Below are positions 25,086-38,737 of a stretch of 64,000 nt of DNA, one piece after another. The notes beneath the pieces are model-generated. The model was not told the DNA's origin. It ran no database searches and saw only the letters and a program-made list of their open reading frames with translations. Each line of letters starts with the position of its first letter. Position 1 is the stretch's first letter. Where the stretch lies: positions 496,001 through 560,000 of the forward strand of contig CP089274.1 of NCBI GenBank assembly GCA_023920165.1, written 5' to 3'. A program made the translations under genes and the position numbers. The DNA is from Curvularia clavata (lineage: Eukaryota).

Positions 25086-25704
25086 TGCACACAATTGATG
25101 GGGGAGGAAGGATGATTCATTCAATCATACGACAGATTCAGACTATATAGCTGCTGCTTGGCAATCACATGATCTCAACATGCAGCAGTCTGAGCAGGTG
25201 GGGGGTCAATTGGGCAGAGGGTAAGGAGAAAAGCCCAAGGGAACCAAGGGGGAGACGATGCTATCTATATGTAGATAGTATGCGGACGTTGGATGTTGGA
25301 GTAAACAGCAGCGATAAGAGAGGGCCGGTCTTATCGGTCAGCCTTATGGAGTGGTGGCCCGCTAATGCGCTTGTCAAATAGCGTGGCAGACGTAAGTACG
25401 TGCGCCGTCGCTCCCTTTTTTCGCCCGCCGTCCGCTTTCCTTTAGTCGTGTGTTTGTTTTGCCTTGTCTCTGTCTCCCGCTACCCCGTCACGTCCGTCTA
25501 CGAGGTTACGTGTGCAGCATTTCCTTATTTTCTTGCTACTGTTTTTTATTCTGGAAAGAGGACAAGGAAAAAAAAGGAAAAAGAAGAGGAGGAACCGTGA
25601 AGTGCGTGCGCTTGGTTTCAAAGGGAAGGATTCCGACCACGACCGCCGTTCCGAACAATACCGCCCACGCTGTTCCCACGCGACAGACAGCAGCAACCCA
25701 AACC

Positions 25705-26612
25705 ATGTTCTTCATCAGCGCCATTGTCAAGAACGTAGCCCCGATTTTGTACGGCCCTACAATGATTCCCTCTACCTCTTCCCCTCTAACGCCCCCTCAA
25801 GCATAGCAACCAGCCCCATCACCAGCTATGGCGACCAAATCTACTCCATGCACAAAGCGCGCAGCTCTGCCGGCTTCTCCCTCGACATCCCCCTCATCAT
25901 GCTCGTCGCCAGCATCCTAAAAGTATACTACTGGTTCGGCGCCCACTTCAGCACCTCGCTGCTCATACAAGCCCTGCTCATGATATGCGTGCACCTCGTG
26001 CTCCTTCACGTTGCGCTGTCGAACCGGCCGCCGCCCTCGCACCTCCCCTTCCAGCACAACGATGTTTCGAACCGGCCGTATGACTTTTGGCAGTGGAGGG
26101 CACCCAGGCCTTACTGGGCGTTTATAACATACTTTGCCGGTGGATTGCTCGTGCTGCATGTTATTATGAGTTCGACGAGCGTGTTTGGACCGTATACGGA
26201 TTTGCTGGGTGGTATTGCGCTGACCATCGAGGCGACGCTGCCGCTGCCACAGATTCTGGCTAATTGGCAGCGCAGGGGTTGCAAGGGGTTTAGGCCTAGT
26301 GTTATTGTCAACTGGGTGATTGGTGATACCTTCAAGATGTGGTTTTTCTTTGCGAGCAGTAGTGGAGAGGTGCCCTGGGCTTTTAAGGCTTGTGGTATTT
26401 TCCAGGCGTCGTGCGATTTGGGGCTCGCGGCGCAGTATCTGATCTGGGGTGATGGGCCACAGGGTGTTGAGGGAACGGGCCGTGAAAAGGAGATCAGGAG
26501 TCCCATTCCTGGGGATGTGGATTGGAGTGCGGAGAAGTTGGGCCAGGCGGATGTTAGGGGCGGGATTGAGATGAGTGAGGGGCAGGCGTGGGAGAGGCCG
26601 CGGGTTGGGTAG
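25705..26612 (+). CDS. PQ-loop repeat membrane protein (Any1/PQLC1-like); one short intron near 25749-25801
   Basis: MFFISAIVKNVAPIF|IATSPITSYGDQIYS..SSAGFSLDIPLIMLVASILK, FWQW, IEATLPLPQIL.N..R.CKGFR.SV..W..GD.FK. Confidence 0.88.
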
Positions 26613-27274
26613 GTGAGGGATTGGGATGGAAAGGTATGGTGTGGGAAAGAGGGTTGTTGAGACGAATCAAATGTACATGGACATCAGGTATGTCGAGTAA
26701 CGTCACTGCTGTAATAATGATAGGAATCGATGATTATGTAAGTGAAGTTCTACTGCGAGTCATTGTGGTGAGGGTGTATGCTTTTTCTTTCATGGGCCAT
26801 CTTGTCTTGTAAGGACAGGCGCAAGAAGAGAAGGCGATGGGTAGTTTGAATATGTGGATGATTGCTTCATAGATACTGAGTATACCCGGGACGGATAGGT
26901 GCATTGTATCATCGGCACGTTACATGAGAAGCACAGCGATCCGTGTCTGTTGCATTCCCACTTTTACAGTGCATTTTCTAGGCTTTTCGAATTATGCATG
27001 GTGGGAAAGAGGATAATGTACGAGATGCAGGGGACCGCCTTCAACAAAGTCATACAATCACCATGGCTTTGCTCTCGCGTTTGTGAGTTGACAAGCAGCA
27101 ATCGAATATGCATTCGGGTCAAACTACTCGTACACCTTACGGATGGCATTTGATTTCTGCACACTATCAAAGAGCACAGAAGGGAAATACATATAGCAGT
27201 CCCAAATCTATCATCAAACTCGCCATACGCAGGATAACCACCGACAATCTCCACGACCGAACCAATCACCCAAC

Positions 27275-27636
27275 ATGTCCAGCCCAATCCAATCCACGCT
27301 TTGCCCCCGCTCCACGCGCCACCGCTCGCCAGACTACAGTTCGGACCACACCTGTACGTTTCCCCCACTATCCCCACTCCTCCTCCTACCTAACCACTCT
27401 CCACAGACTTCTACACCTCCGAAACAACCCTCACGCCCACCTCCCCCGTCATCCCTGCCTACCACTCAACGCCCTCGCCCACGCTCACCCCTCCTCCACC
27501 CACGCTCACCCCTAACTTCCCTCCCCTCACGCATCAGAGCCCTAAACTGACGCGCTCCCATTGTGAGTGCCAACCTCGTACACCTAAATACCGTCGTCAG
27601 ACCGCTGGAAACTACGCAGCTTCATGCGCTGAGTGA
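27275..27636 (+). CDS. Possible small Pro/Thr/Ser-rich protein (102 aa; intron 27354-27406)
   Basis: ATG in CAACATG context, GTACGT donor, CTAAC branch and CAG acceptor give an open spliced frame; no recognisable homology. Confidence 0.3.
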
Positions 27637-28062
27637 TGACTTGCTGAATGATATGTGGGAGGAAGAACAGTGGCTGAGCAAGACGATGGAGGCATTTAAA
27701 GAGTAGATGGAGGAGGTGAGTGGGTTTTTGGAAGACCTGTTAGTAGTTAAGAGGACGAGAAGTAGGAAAGTGGTGGGTAGAGGGAGATGCAGGGTGAAGG
27801 GAAAGGGTAGGCAGTTGGGGTTTAGATGGAGGGCATGGACTACAAGATGGGAGTTGGCAGTTTAGAGGTGGAAGGCAGGGTTAGAGGCTGCATATTGGCG
27901 GTATAGTAGTTAGGGGTTCTGGCTGCGTGGAGTGGAACTGAGTGAATATAGAAGGTAAAAAGGTTTATTTTGCTACATAGTGGATATTTTTGTGAATTTC
28001 ATCGTTGAAAGAGATTCTGGTTTCTTGTGCTAAGCACCCTTAACTAGTCAAACAGTGGTTTA

Positions 28063-30309
28063 TCAAGGCACGCGCTGTGGCTGCACGCTCGTAAGCGTAG
28101 GAACAACAGGCTTGATGAATCCAGAAGCATCAAAGTACACCCTGTCAATCGTCGTTTCTCTGTGCGTTCCATCTCCGTCGGGAATGTGAAAGCGGTGGTA
28201 CGCAATGTACCAGTCATCAGTGCCGGGTACGTTGATGATGGAGCTGTGTCCAGTGGCCAAGATACCTAGCGTAGTGTTCTTTTGAAGAATCACGCCGCGG
28301 TAGGTCCATGGGCCGTCGACACTGGTCGAGGTTGCGTAGCCGACTCGGTAGTTTTCGGAGCCGGTGTCATCAATTGAGTAGGTGAGGTGGAAAAGTCCCT
28401 TGCGGTAGTTCACAAAGATTCCCTCGCGGAAATCAGTCAGGCCGCTGATGGAGCGAATGGTGCCATTCTTGAGCGAGACCATGTCGTCGGCAAGCTCAGC
28501 GTAAAGGGCTGGAGTGCCGTTGCCCCAGAAAATGTAGTACTTTCCGGTGGTAGGGTCGCGGAAGACTGCTGGATCAATGGCTTGACCAGTCTTGAGGCTC
28601 TCGTTGTTCAGGATCATGGCTTCGGGTTGAGCAGTGAACGGTCCCTCGGGTGAATTGGCAACAGCGACACCAATGGTCTTTCGGTTATACTTAGCGTTCT
28701 GGCCACTGAAGTAGAAGTAATATTTGCCGCCTCTCTCAATGATCGTCGGAGCCCAAGCGTTGCCTGTTGCCCACGGTACGTTTCCACTTGTGCCGTTGAG
28801 AGTAAGGAAAGGTTTCTCTGATCGGGCCCACGAAACCAGATCAGGTGACTTCCAGGTGTAGAAAACGTTGCCTCCCCAGCCGGCAAAACCGTCAGTAGTA
28901 GCATAGATGTAGTATTCTTTGCCGAAGACTACAATGTTTGGATCGGCGTAGAGACCTGGAAGTACAGGGCTTGATCTGGTGCTTAGTCGAGAGCTTCCCC
29001 GGGCAGCGACTGTGGCTTCACGGCTTGACAATCCACTACGTAGGCCAGCGAGCTCAGCTGCAGTGACCGGAATCACAGTTCCGTGACGTGGGCTACGTGG
29101 TAGGCTGTAGGAAGCAGAGACCTTCCAGCTTGGCTTCGCGATATCCGTAGTCTCCAGAGGAATATATCCGCGGTTGGTGTATTCGTCGACAAACAGGTAG
29201 AACTTCTTGCCATTGACATCGCCGTCGTTTGCTTTAAACACGGTCGGTCCTTCAACGGCACTTGTGCCAGCATTCTTGCCAATGCATGCAGCAACCCGAG
29301 TCCATCCGCTCACGGGGGCAAGGAATGATGTTGAGCTCTCCTGGATGATATCGGCGCAGTTTGTGCCTGTGCCTCCCTCATCTTTGGTAAATCGGTAGTA
29401 TGTGCTTCCCTCTTTTATGACGGTGGTGTCGATACGCGACATTCCAGCATCCTGCCAGACCTTGGGCTCACTAAATGTGACAAAGTCCCGAGTGGTCACG
29501 TAGAGCATCCGGTGGTAGGTCGGTCCGGTACGGTTCACGTCACTGGCGTCATATAGCGAGGAAGCCCAGAAAACTACGTATGAGCCGATACTGGAGTCGT
29601 AGTACGCCTCGGGTGCCCATGTGTTGCCAGCATTGGACGGAGAAACCTTGACGTGGCGTTGCTTTGACCAGGTTTTGAGATCATTGGATTCCCAGATCTC
29701 AAGGTAGAGACTGCCAAACTTGACTGCATCTCCCCAGGAAGTCCCGGATCCAATTGAAAGATCAGTGGCGAGCAGAAAGAATTTGTCGCCTTCGTTCGAT
29801 CGAATGACAAAAGGGTCGCGCAGGCCCTTTGTGCCTTGGGTAGAGGCCAGGACCGGCTGTCCGCCGTTCAGCTCTGTCCACTTCAAGGCATTGTTTCCTT
29901 GGCTGGCTGCCATATAGATCTTCTCGCCGGCTATGCTGTTGCCGGTGAAGTACGCGAATGCATAGCCTTGGAAAGGTTCGAGAGCGACTGCTCTACGCAC
30001 ATTGGCGTTGAATGTGCGGTTGGAAATGACTCCATCCCGATCTATGGTCGCCGTAAGATCGACTGTGGTCTGGGCATCTTGTCGTTTTACGATGCCATCT
30101 GCCGATATGATTGATGGATGACTGCTCGTCCAAGTAACCTTGAAGTCTCCAGATGTGTCTGGCAGATGGAGGTTTCCATGTACATCTTCAACGTTGGTGA
30201 TTGTGAGACCGTCGAGCGCCTGTCGGATTTTCAAGTTGGACGCGCTAGCTTGTGTAAAAGCTACCGACCACAGCCCCCATGCGTAAAGGGGGAAGTTGGA
30301 AGGACGCAT
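28063..30309 (-). CDS. Secreted tandem GH43-GH43 glycoside hydrolase (arabinofuranosidase/xylosidase/galactofuranosidase type) with small N-terminal Ig-like module; intronless
   Basis: Signal peptide; domain 1 GLRDPF..WAPE..IDTT..VEGP..PRHG; domain 2 YADPN..WAP..AIDP..FREG..TGHSS. Confidence 0.9.
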   Translation of the reverse strand: MRPSNFPLYAWGLWSVAFTQASASNLKIRQALDGLTITNVEDVHGNLHLPDTSGDFKVTWTSSHPSIISADGIVKRQDAQTTVDLTATIDRDGVISNRTFNANVRRAVALEPFQGYAFAYFTGNSIAGEKIYMAASQGNNALKWTELNGGQPVLASTQGTKGLRDPFVIRSNEGDKFFLLATDLSIGSGTSWGDAVKFGSLYLEIWESNDLKTWSKQRHVKVSPSNAGNTWAPEAYYDSSIGSYVVFWASSLYDASDVNRTGPTYHRMLYVTTRDFVTFSEPKVWQDAGMSRIDTTVIKEGSTYYRFTKDEGGTGTNCADIIQESSTSFLAPVSGWTRVAACIGKNAGTSAVEGPTVFKANDGDVNGKKFYLFVDEYTNRGYIPLETTDIAKPSWKVSASYSLPRSPRHGTVIPVTAAELAGLRSGLSSREATVAARGSSRLSTRSSPVLPGLYADPNIVVFGKEYYIYATTDGFAGWGGNVFYTWKSPDLVSWARSEKPFLTLNGTSGNVPWATGNAWAPTIIERGGKYYFYFSGQNAKYNRKTIGVAVANSPEGPFTAQPEAMILNNESLKTGQAIDPAVFRDPTTGKYYIFWGNGTPALYAELADDMVSLKNGTIRSISGLTDFREGIFVNYRKGLFHLTYSIDDTGSENYRVGYATSTSVDGPWTYRGVILQKNTTLGILATGHSSIINVPGTDDWYIAYHRFHIPDGDGTHRETTIDRVYFDASGFIKPVVPTLTSVQPQRVP

Positions 30310-31813
30310 GGCTAGTAGTGAGGCAGGAAAGAGAACGTAAAGCTATCTTCTGAACAGTCTCTGAAGGGGACTCCACGCATTGCTGTTATACTACAACTAC
30401 AGCACTGGGTTTGTCCCAAACAGGCTTGTGCGAAGTACCCATGCTTGAAGGCAAACTAGACGTGACCTCGTACTTTTTCCCAGGGCGAAGAATATCCACG
30501 AATGCGCAGCAGCGACCCCAAGGGTTACAGCATGTTGTTACTTGCTGGTAGGCAACTCAAAGTACATCATTCCTGTGAATGGCTAGGCTGATCCGGAGTA
30601 TGTCCCGTACTTGTCGGGATCACGGACAATCTCCTGTGCGTAATTCGGCAAATACAAGGAACGAACGAATGACGATGGTGCTGTCTCCAAGGTCACGCTC
30701 CAAAGATTTTGCGGGGTGTGCGCTAAACACCGTCTTGGCGGTTCGGGAAAATGACGACCGAAGCCGGAAACAATGCGAGTTTACTATTTTATCCATAGTC
30801 CACTGTTGCCCTGTCTCCATATATAGCCAGTTGTCCTTGATGCTCGTACTAACTCTTGCACGGTTTCAGTAGCTCACACCAGTCTCGCACAAATTCCCTT
30901 GGCGCGCAAACTTGAGGAAATCGCTCCACCCTTCAGAAATATGTATTAGATCTGCGGAGATACTAACGCACTTTAACATTCAACCTCGAGGACCGGGCTT
31001 TATATGAGTGGAGGCATTCTATTTTAGCGGATCACGTTCGCCACATGGGTTGTCGATGCCAAGATATTGAAACACCCCGGAGAGAGTCGATGACAACATT
31101 CGCAAGACAGGGGTACAACGGAAGGTTCTTACTTTATCGAGAAGGAGAAACATGTGAACCGGACACAGCCAGCCGACAGCGGTCTCACGTGGGTTACATC
31201 CCATAGAGCAGCGGATTCTTTTACCAACGTGTTCCGCCTTACCAAGTACTTGGCAATCCAGGCAAAGAGGTGGAAAAGACGTTAAAAGCTAGGCATGCGT
31301 GCAAGGAATTAGCTTAGGGTAAAACGTGAATATTTCTGCCGTTGTGAGTGGCTGCTACTTCGCAGATTGTTCAACATAATTTGATGTCGCACAGCATGGG
31401 AAATTTGAACATTGCTCTTTGCAACGCGTCAAGCTGATACTCATGGTGCTAGGGAACGTTCAAAAAAGGCCTCGGGAGTCCGGAAAAGAAGGAGCGTATT
31501 CTTTCTGTTAAACTCCAATCGCTGGTAGATGGACTGTGGCCATTCGTTGTATCGAAACCCCAGACATGGTTCCCGTAATCGCGTGATAAGGACTCATCAG
31601 GACTTTGCATCTTGGTCCAAGTCCAAGGCCTTGGGAAACACCAACTAAACGGCTTCGGTGCTTGAAATGAGTACTTAATGGCTATCTTTGTGCCGAGAAT
31701 GCCGTGATATCTAGGCATGCAGGTCCTTGAGGACTATAAATCTCTTTCTACGGGCCACACAGTCGACTTCACAGAGTACTTTTGTCTTGTTGCCGGTCTT
31801 TTTTGTTTTCAAA

Positions 31814-33333
31814 ATGCGCGCATCGGCCGCTCTCGCAGCCATATATTTGGCACAAACCACGTTGGCAGCAATTGAGCCTAGGAACTTCATCTTTGTTGTT
31901 CCCGATGGAATGGGTCCAGTTTCCCAAACCCTGGTCCGGACGTACTTGTCGATGATCAACGGCGATTCAACTACTCGAGCACCGAGAATAAAGTCTCTTC
32001 CCATCGATATCACCGTTATCGGTAACACCCACACACATTCTTACAACAATCTAGTAACCGATTCGGCTGCTGCTGGTACCGCTCTTGCAACTGGTCACAA
32101 GACCAACAATGGATACATTGGCGTTTTGCCTGACGGCAAGCCTGTTGGATCCGTTATGGAAGCTGCAAAGGCAGCGGGTTACCTCACTGGTCTTGTTGTG
32201 ACTTCTCCTATCAGTCATGCGACGCCTGCATGTAAGTGCCTTCAATCTCTGAAATACTTATTTATTGCTGAGTAGATTCAGCGTTCTTTTCTCATGCCAT
32301 AAGCCGTAACTCTCTTAGCAAGATTGCCGAACAGCAAATCGGTTACAGCCATCCTCTTAACATTAGTGTGGACGTGATGCTTGGGGGCGGACGCTGTGAC
32401 TTTCAGCCTCAAAATGAAACTGGATCTTGCCGAACTGACGACATCAATCTGTTCGCCTACGCCGAGTCTCGAGGCTACTACACCGCGCGTGACCGAGCCG
32501 GCTTCGACGCTCTTGAACTCGGACTTGGTGACATCAAGCTCCCCTATGTTGGTCTCTTCAAAGATGGAGACCTCAGCTACGAGATCGACCGCCAACAACA
32601 AGCGCCAGAAGTGCGAGAACCATCGCTATCTGAGATGACAGAGACTGCGCTCAACTCGCTCTCGCGCGCTAGCGAAGACAATGAAAAAGGCTACTTCATG
32701 ATGATTGAGGCTTCGCGTATCGACCACTCATCGCACGCTCACGACTCCGTCGCGCATCTCCACGATGTCCTCGAGTTCAATAGAGTCATCGATATAGTGA
32801 TGAAGTGGATCGACGAGCACCCGGATACCGCTTTCCTCGCCGTTGCGGACCATGAAACTGGCGGTATCACACTCCCCTCTGGATACAATCCAATGGTACT
32901 CCAATCTGGGAAACATTCGGTCGAGCATCTTAGTGAACAATGGAGCAACTACAACGGGACAGACGCAAATGGCTTTTTGGTCAATGAAATCCTTCCTACA
33001 TACGGTCTCGCCAACGTTTCCGATGCGGATATCCAAACTCTCCTTACTACTGAAGACTTTGCCCAGGAGCTAGCGGATCTGCTGAATGCTCGTGCGGGAC
33101 TTAAATGGTCAACTGGCGGACACACTGGGGTTGACACTACCCTGTATGGTTATGCTGCTGGTGAAATGGGTGATCGGCTCGTCCTTGACATGTCCGGTGG
33201 TTGGGATAACACTGATCTGCCGAAATATCTCGCAACCGCGCTCGGCGTGGACATGGACGAGGTTACAGAGCTTTTGAATCTACAGGGTAGTGCGTGGGTA
33301 CCAGTTGACGGGGAATTAGGACAGAAGATTTAA
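31814..33333 (+). CDS. Secreted alkaline phosphatase; intron 32232-32281
   Basis: Signal peptide; NFIFVVPDGMG, VTDSAAAGTALATGHKTNN (catalytic Ser), HATPA, MIEASRIDHSSHAHD, ADHETGG, GHTGVD. Confidence 0.93.
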
Positions 33334-35459
33334 ATTGGTGTGCTATCTGCGGAATATGTGTTGCATCACTAAGAAATTCTCGTTTCGTATAGTGATACAA
33401 AATATATCGGTAATTGATCAGCTCGTTTAATAAAGCCCCACTTTATTTGTTGTGATACTTGCCTTGCCATCATAGCAGGTTATGTTAATAGTATTACCCT
33501 AGTTCAGAAAAGGTGATATACAATATAAATTGTAGATTGGTTACGTCGAATGTCGGTGGAGCAATAACTCTGGTCGACTACTGAGTGCTTCATATCGCGA
33601 TTTCCGTAACGCATAGATCTCTCTTTTCGATTTAGATAACCTTACTCGGAACATGAAGCACTCCTGCATCTCGTAAGAAGCTTTTCTTGTAGGCGATTAG
33701 CGTCTTGTTTTGCCTCTTCACGTCGGTTGTCTCTAGGTCCATCTTACCACGTTGGGTTGGTACCGAGGATGATATCGATATACTTTGCAAAAGTTGGCAA
33801 TGACAGCTGCTCATCACATACAAGAAGTCTTTTGATGTGCAAGAGCGAATGGGCTAGATGAGGCGTTGTGTAAGGAGTGTCATTGGCGAAGATAAGATCG
33901 AATTGCCGATCTCCGAGCCACTTCTCAACCGAACCCTCACGCTGGCTCGATGTAGCTGGAACCGTTAAAACCCTGGGAGGACAGTTTCAATATTAAGTTT
34001 GGTTCACTTTCGCTGCACATCAGTGATCGCTTGCGTGAGGCTTGTGAGCGGACTATAGCCCAGAACGCAAACGCATGGGCGATTCACGTTTCATGGACGG
34101 CAGTTGCGAATAGATCGAGCCGTTGGGTAAGAAAGTGTCACCGAATAAGGGGCTGGGGCTGCTTGATGGTAGTTTGCGCGTTATAGCGGCAACTATGCAA
34201 TTTCCGACGGGTCCGGCCTAGCGATGCACTTGATTATGATGAGCTTGTCGACGGCATTTCGCGATTGCCTGCCAGCACCGGATCATTCCAGCTAATGTTC
34301 CACATCGACACCACAAAGTATGCGGCGGTTTCTGTCTTATTTCCAGTTTTTTCCCAATGGCAAGGCGCGGGATCGCGTGATTATTTGTGCGAACGATTCT
34401 GACCAAGTGGACGGTCTGGTGACATTTATTCGTGAGTGGGCTGAGGAATTGGTCTAATTGAGACGGGTACCAGTGGTTGAGGCAACATCCCTTGGGCCGT
34501 GCAACTAGTCAACATACGTGTTGACGGAAGGTCCCTAAGTGGGCTAGATGTGGCTTGCAGTTGGTTACAAGGGTTGGATAAGGGCTCCCAAGTCCGAGCT
34601 TGGTTTACGGTTGGAGCTGAAGGCGGAACGGGACGTGTTCGCGACTTGGCAGAAGCTTGATTAGAACACAGTCGTACACTGTCCGACCTTGTTCACAACA
34701 AGGTCCATTCAATGATGTTGATCAACTCAATTTTCGCAGCTTCGAGCCATGAGCCGCCTACTGTAGAGTGGGCAGGCGTACTCGGACCATTAAATCACGC
34801 ACTGGATCCAGCACTTAAGCCCAAAACTTCCATGAACTATTTTCATTGGTTTTTCTCGGTAATCGCGGCAATAGACATAGAACAGGTCCGTCTCAAATAC
34901 TATGAATATATCTCGGAGTAGACTGCTGTATTCAACAAGTTCTGATTGTGGCTATGTAGTTAAACATGCTGGGTGGCTAGTCAAGTGGCTAGGGGGTAGC
35001 TCCAGCTCCTTCACCGACACATTTCAATTCAAAGAAAGTTTGTAGCAAAACGGTCGGCTTACGTGGCTTCAAACGCCTCGATCGACTCCTGGCGTGGCGG
35101 GTGAGGGCCCGTGGCGCGTAAAAGCTTACTCTTCATCGGCGAGCATCTCGGCCTATCCGGATACGAATGAATCTGCCATTATGTACGCGCTCAGACCCGC
35201 CGCTATCTGTAACAGGCATTCTCAACCACACTGGTGGTACCTTCAGGAAATGGCGTTAGGGCCAAATATTTTGCTCTTTAGATGGGGTCTGCGCAATGCT
35301 TGAGTATGGCGCCTACTCCTTCCTCTTTTTATCGAGCGAAACCAAGCTTGTCACGTGCGCCTTGTGGCGTTCACGTTTCACTTCGCAACTCACGAATACT
35401 GCCCTGAACTTTTGAGGAACACAATACCTGAACCCGATACATTTGATGGTCCTTCCATT

Positions 35460-37172
35460 ATGGCGACCATTGCACAGCATCAAAGCTCTTTGGAACTTGA
35501 GGAGTTTTCGAGTTCTGAACGTGGCAGTCATGACCAACTGCTCACTGATAATGTGGCAAGAGCAAGTAAACCACCATCGTTCTATTTGACATTCGCAGCA
35601 TTGAATATCTGTGTTTTGCTTGTATCGCTAGATGCAACTGCTCTTGCAGTCGCAGTGCCAGTAAGTTCCAGCTTTATCAGTCATTTCGAGTCCATCGACT
35701 TATAAGCGTGACAGGTCATAACACAGTCTCTCGGAGGCACTACTATCGAAGCCTTCTGGGCAAGTTTGTGCTTTCTATTGGCTGTTGTGGCAGTGATGCC
35801 CATCACCACGAGCATTTCTGATGTTCTAGGCCGCAAAATCCCACTTTACGTTTCCTTTGTAGTGTTTATCGTCGGATCGATAGTGTTTGCACTTGCTGGA
35901 AACATGAGTGTACTTATTCTTGGACGAGTATTACAAGGACTCGGTGGCGGGGGCCTCGACGTCCTAAGCGAAGTAATTCTGGCAGACATTACTACCCTAA
36001 AGGAGCGTCCCTTGTACCTCGGCCTTTTCTCCATCCCAATGGCCGGCGGCGCTATCTGTGGTCCCATTGTTGGAGCTGCTCTTGCCGAATATGCCAGCTG
36101 GAGATGGATCGGATGGATAAATGTACCACTCGGCGGTGCTGGCCTGCTACTCTTCTTCTTTTTCCTGAGGCTGAAACCGATCGACACTACACTTACGTCG
36201 AATCTTGCGCTCCTTGACTGGACCGGAATGGCACTCTTCTTGGTCGGCAGCATATTGTTCTCTCTGCCACTCTCTTGGGCGGGTGCTATCTACCCGTGGG
36301 CATCATACAAAACTCTCATACCATTCATAGCAGGGATCGCTTTGCTCATAGCTTTCGGCTTTTACGAAAAGCGGCCTGTTCATCCAGTCTTCCCTTATCG
36401 TATCTTCAAAAACCGAACGGCTAGGGCAACACTCGTTGGCTCTTTCATACATGGAGCAGTACTCAATGGCGGCTTACTCTATCTGCTACTCTCATTCCAG
36501 GCCACTTTCCGAGACACACCTTTTAGGTCTGCTGTTGAGGTATTACCCATCTGCGTTTCCACGGTTGTCTTCAGCATTTTCGGCGCTATCAGTGTCGAAA
36601 TTCTTCGAAAATATAAGCTGACTACCATCGCTGCATGGATATGCCTGACGCTGGGTGTTGGGCTCTTTGCGCTTTGGAAGCCGGGAGTGTCCGACGGGTT
36701 GAAATACGGCCCTCAGGTGCTCGCTGGGATGGGTATTGGTACGATCGTTACGATCTGCACATTTCCCATGAATGCTAGCCAGCATGTGGATGATGCTGGT
36801 CTTGCCACTGGAATTATGGTGTCCTTTCGAATGTTCGGAAGCATGACTGGACTTGCTATCGGCTCAACAATCTTCCACACCATCTTCGAGCAACGTATCA
36901 AGAAACTTGGCCAGCTACCTGTCCAACTCGCCAAACTACGTGACGTACGTGAAGCTGTCGGCTTCATTCCTGACCTCCGCAAGATCGACCACGCACTCCC
37001 CTTCTACGATGTTGTGGTTGATACATATAGAGTTGCCTTCATGGCTGTATTCTTGGCGCTTGCAGGTATGGGTGTTGTGGGCTTGGTCTTCTCTTTCTTG
37101 ATTGAAGAGCTCAGTCTTGAAAATGATGAGATCGGTAGACAAGCTTTCGAGGAGGAACCCAAAAACAGCTGA
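35460..37172 (+). CDS. MFS transporter, 14-TM drug:H+ antiporter type; intron 35661-35714
   Basis: LVSLDATALAVAVP, SDVLGRK, GRVLQGLGGGG, DITTLKERP, GPIVGAAL...SWRWIGWINVP. Confidence 0.92.
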
Positions 37173-38737
37173 GCACTCAAAGCCAAATAGTCTAACGCAT
37201 TCACGCGGGGTTGGAGAGCCAGTAGCCAAGGGGATTAATTACTTGTGGCAAGGGTGATGACCTCTCAAATGTATACCTGCTAGACTAGGCAGATACTATT
37301 CGGTACATCACCCACATATGGTGCGTACTGAAATAATTGAACAGTTTTAGAAGACATTTCCAAACCAGACTGTCACTACCATATTTTTCCTTTTGTGAAG
37401 TATCAAGAGAGTTTCAGCCCGTAGCATCACGAGATGATTCATGCTACTAAAATTGCCACGATTGCGCCTTCAAGCCTTGATCAAACTAGCTCGGGTTCAT
37501 ATTCTTTTATATATCAGGAGAAAGCGTGTCCGCAGTGTTGGGATTGATACAGCCATGTTTATCCATGGTCTCATGAGGCTGTGTTTCTATCGTCCTAAAG
37601 CACACATTGACTAGAATGAATATGCACTCTGAGAGATTCTGAGCCGCACATTATGACAGCAACAGCTCAGAAATATGAGTACCACCATACATGCTTTGTA
37701 AGACAATCATAGACGTTTTTTCTCATTTGATTATCGTGGTTCAGCGTCCTGTTTCTTATTTTAGTGGTTAATTTTGTAGCAGGCTCATAATACTACTAAA
37801 TGGCGCATGCAGAGATGTTTTGCACCTGCACGTAGTTCGAATCTACGAGTGATAATTCTTATCACATCACAACTCAAAACCGTTACTCTTGAGTTTTCTC
37901 AGTGACCGACCATGGCGTAGCAAATCCATTCCATCTCTTGGATACGTTCACTGTGCTTCCATCCTGCATTTATTGCAAATGCTTCGAACGCGAGGTATTT
38001 CTGGTATCACACATTGATTTCTCTAAGAAGCCATCGTGACAAAGCTCAAGCGCATATCTATCCTACGTCATAAGGCTGGATATGATTGTCTGCTAAAGCA
38101 GCTGGACTAGCTGGGAGAATGCTGATGTCATTAAAGTAGTATATTGTCCCTTAAAACATGCTGCGTACATAGTTCAAGGATGGGACGCATTAGCTTGGTA
38201 TGACTGACGTGAGAGGCGTGGCAATGCAGGGCTCAACGTGCAGATTAGTACCAGATACAAGCACGAGGATCGCAAGAATACCGGACCACGCGAAATTCAG
38301 GGATCATAACGCATGCAACAGACCATGCTTAAGTGACTGTATCCCCGAAAACAAAAACAAAATATTCGCTTGCGACCAGCTGACTCCTACAGGATGGGGT
38401 ACGTGGTCCGAATAGAGTGAGTGTATGATGGCGATCTGCGTCTCTCTCTCTCATTGTATGAAGGGCTTCTAGTCAAATGCATTCAGCCACTGAATATCTC
38501 GCTGTGACTACATGCCTAGCTTCTAATCAATCCGCCAGTTGGCAGTGTTCGCAGCCACAGATGCATGAATCTCGGTACATGTAATGAAACCTTTTTCTTT
38601 GACATTCCTTGTGTGCACCCTATTTCACAACTATTCCAAGTGCCTCTTGGACAACAACGAGTCTCTTCAACAAGTGTGAGATTGAGTCAAGTCAAAACCA
38701 GAAGCTCCTTGTTACTTCAATACCTTCGGAAACCTCA

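Noticed and set aside
25464..25704. Long N-terminal extension of the PQ-loop ORF with a KKRKKKRR basic run
   Set aside because: It starts at a non-ATG codon and reads through an A-rich UTR tract and an intron; the spliced ATG 25705 model fits the family.
33340..35400. Long intergenic region examined for transposon remnants or ncRNA
   Set aside because: No TIR/LTR, transposase motifs or AT-rich RIP signature evident by eye.
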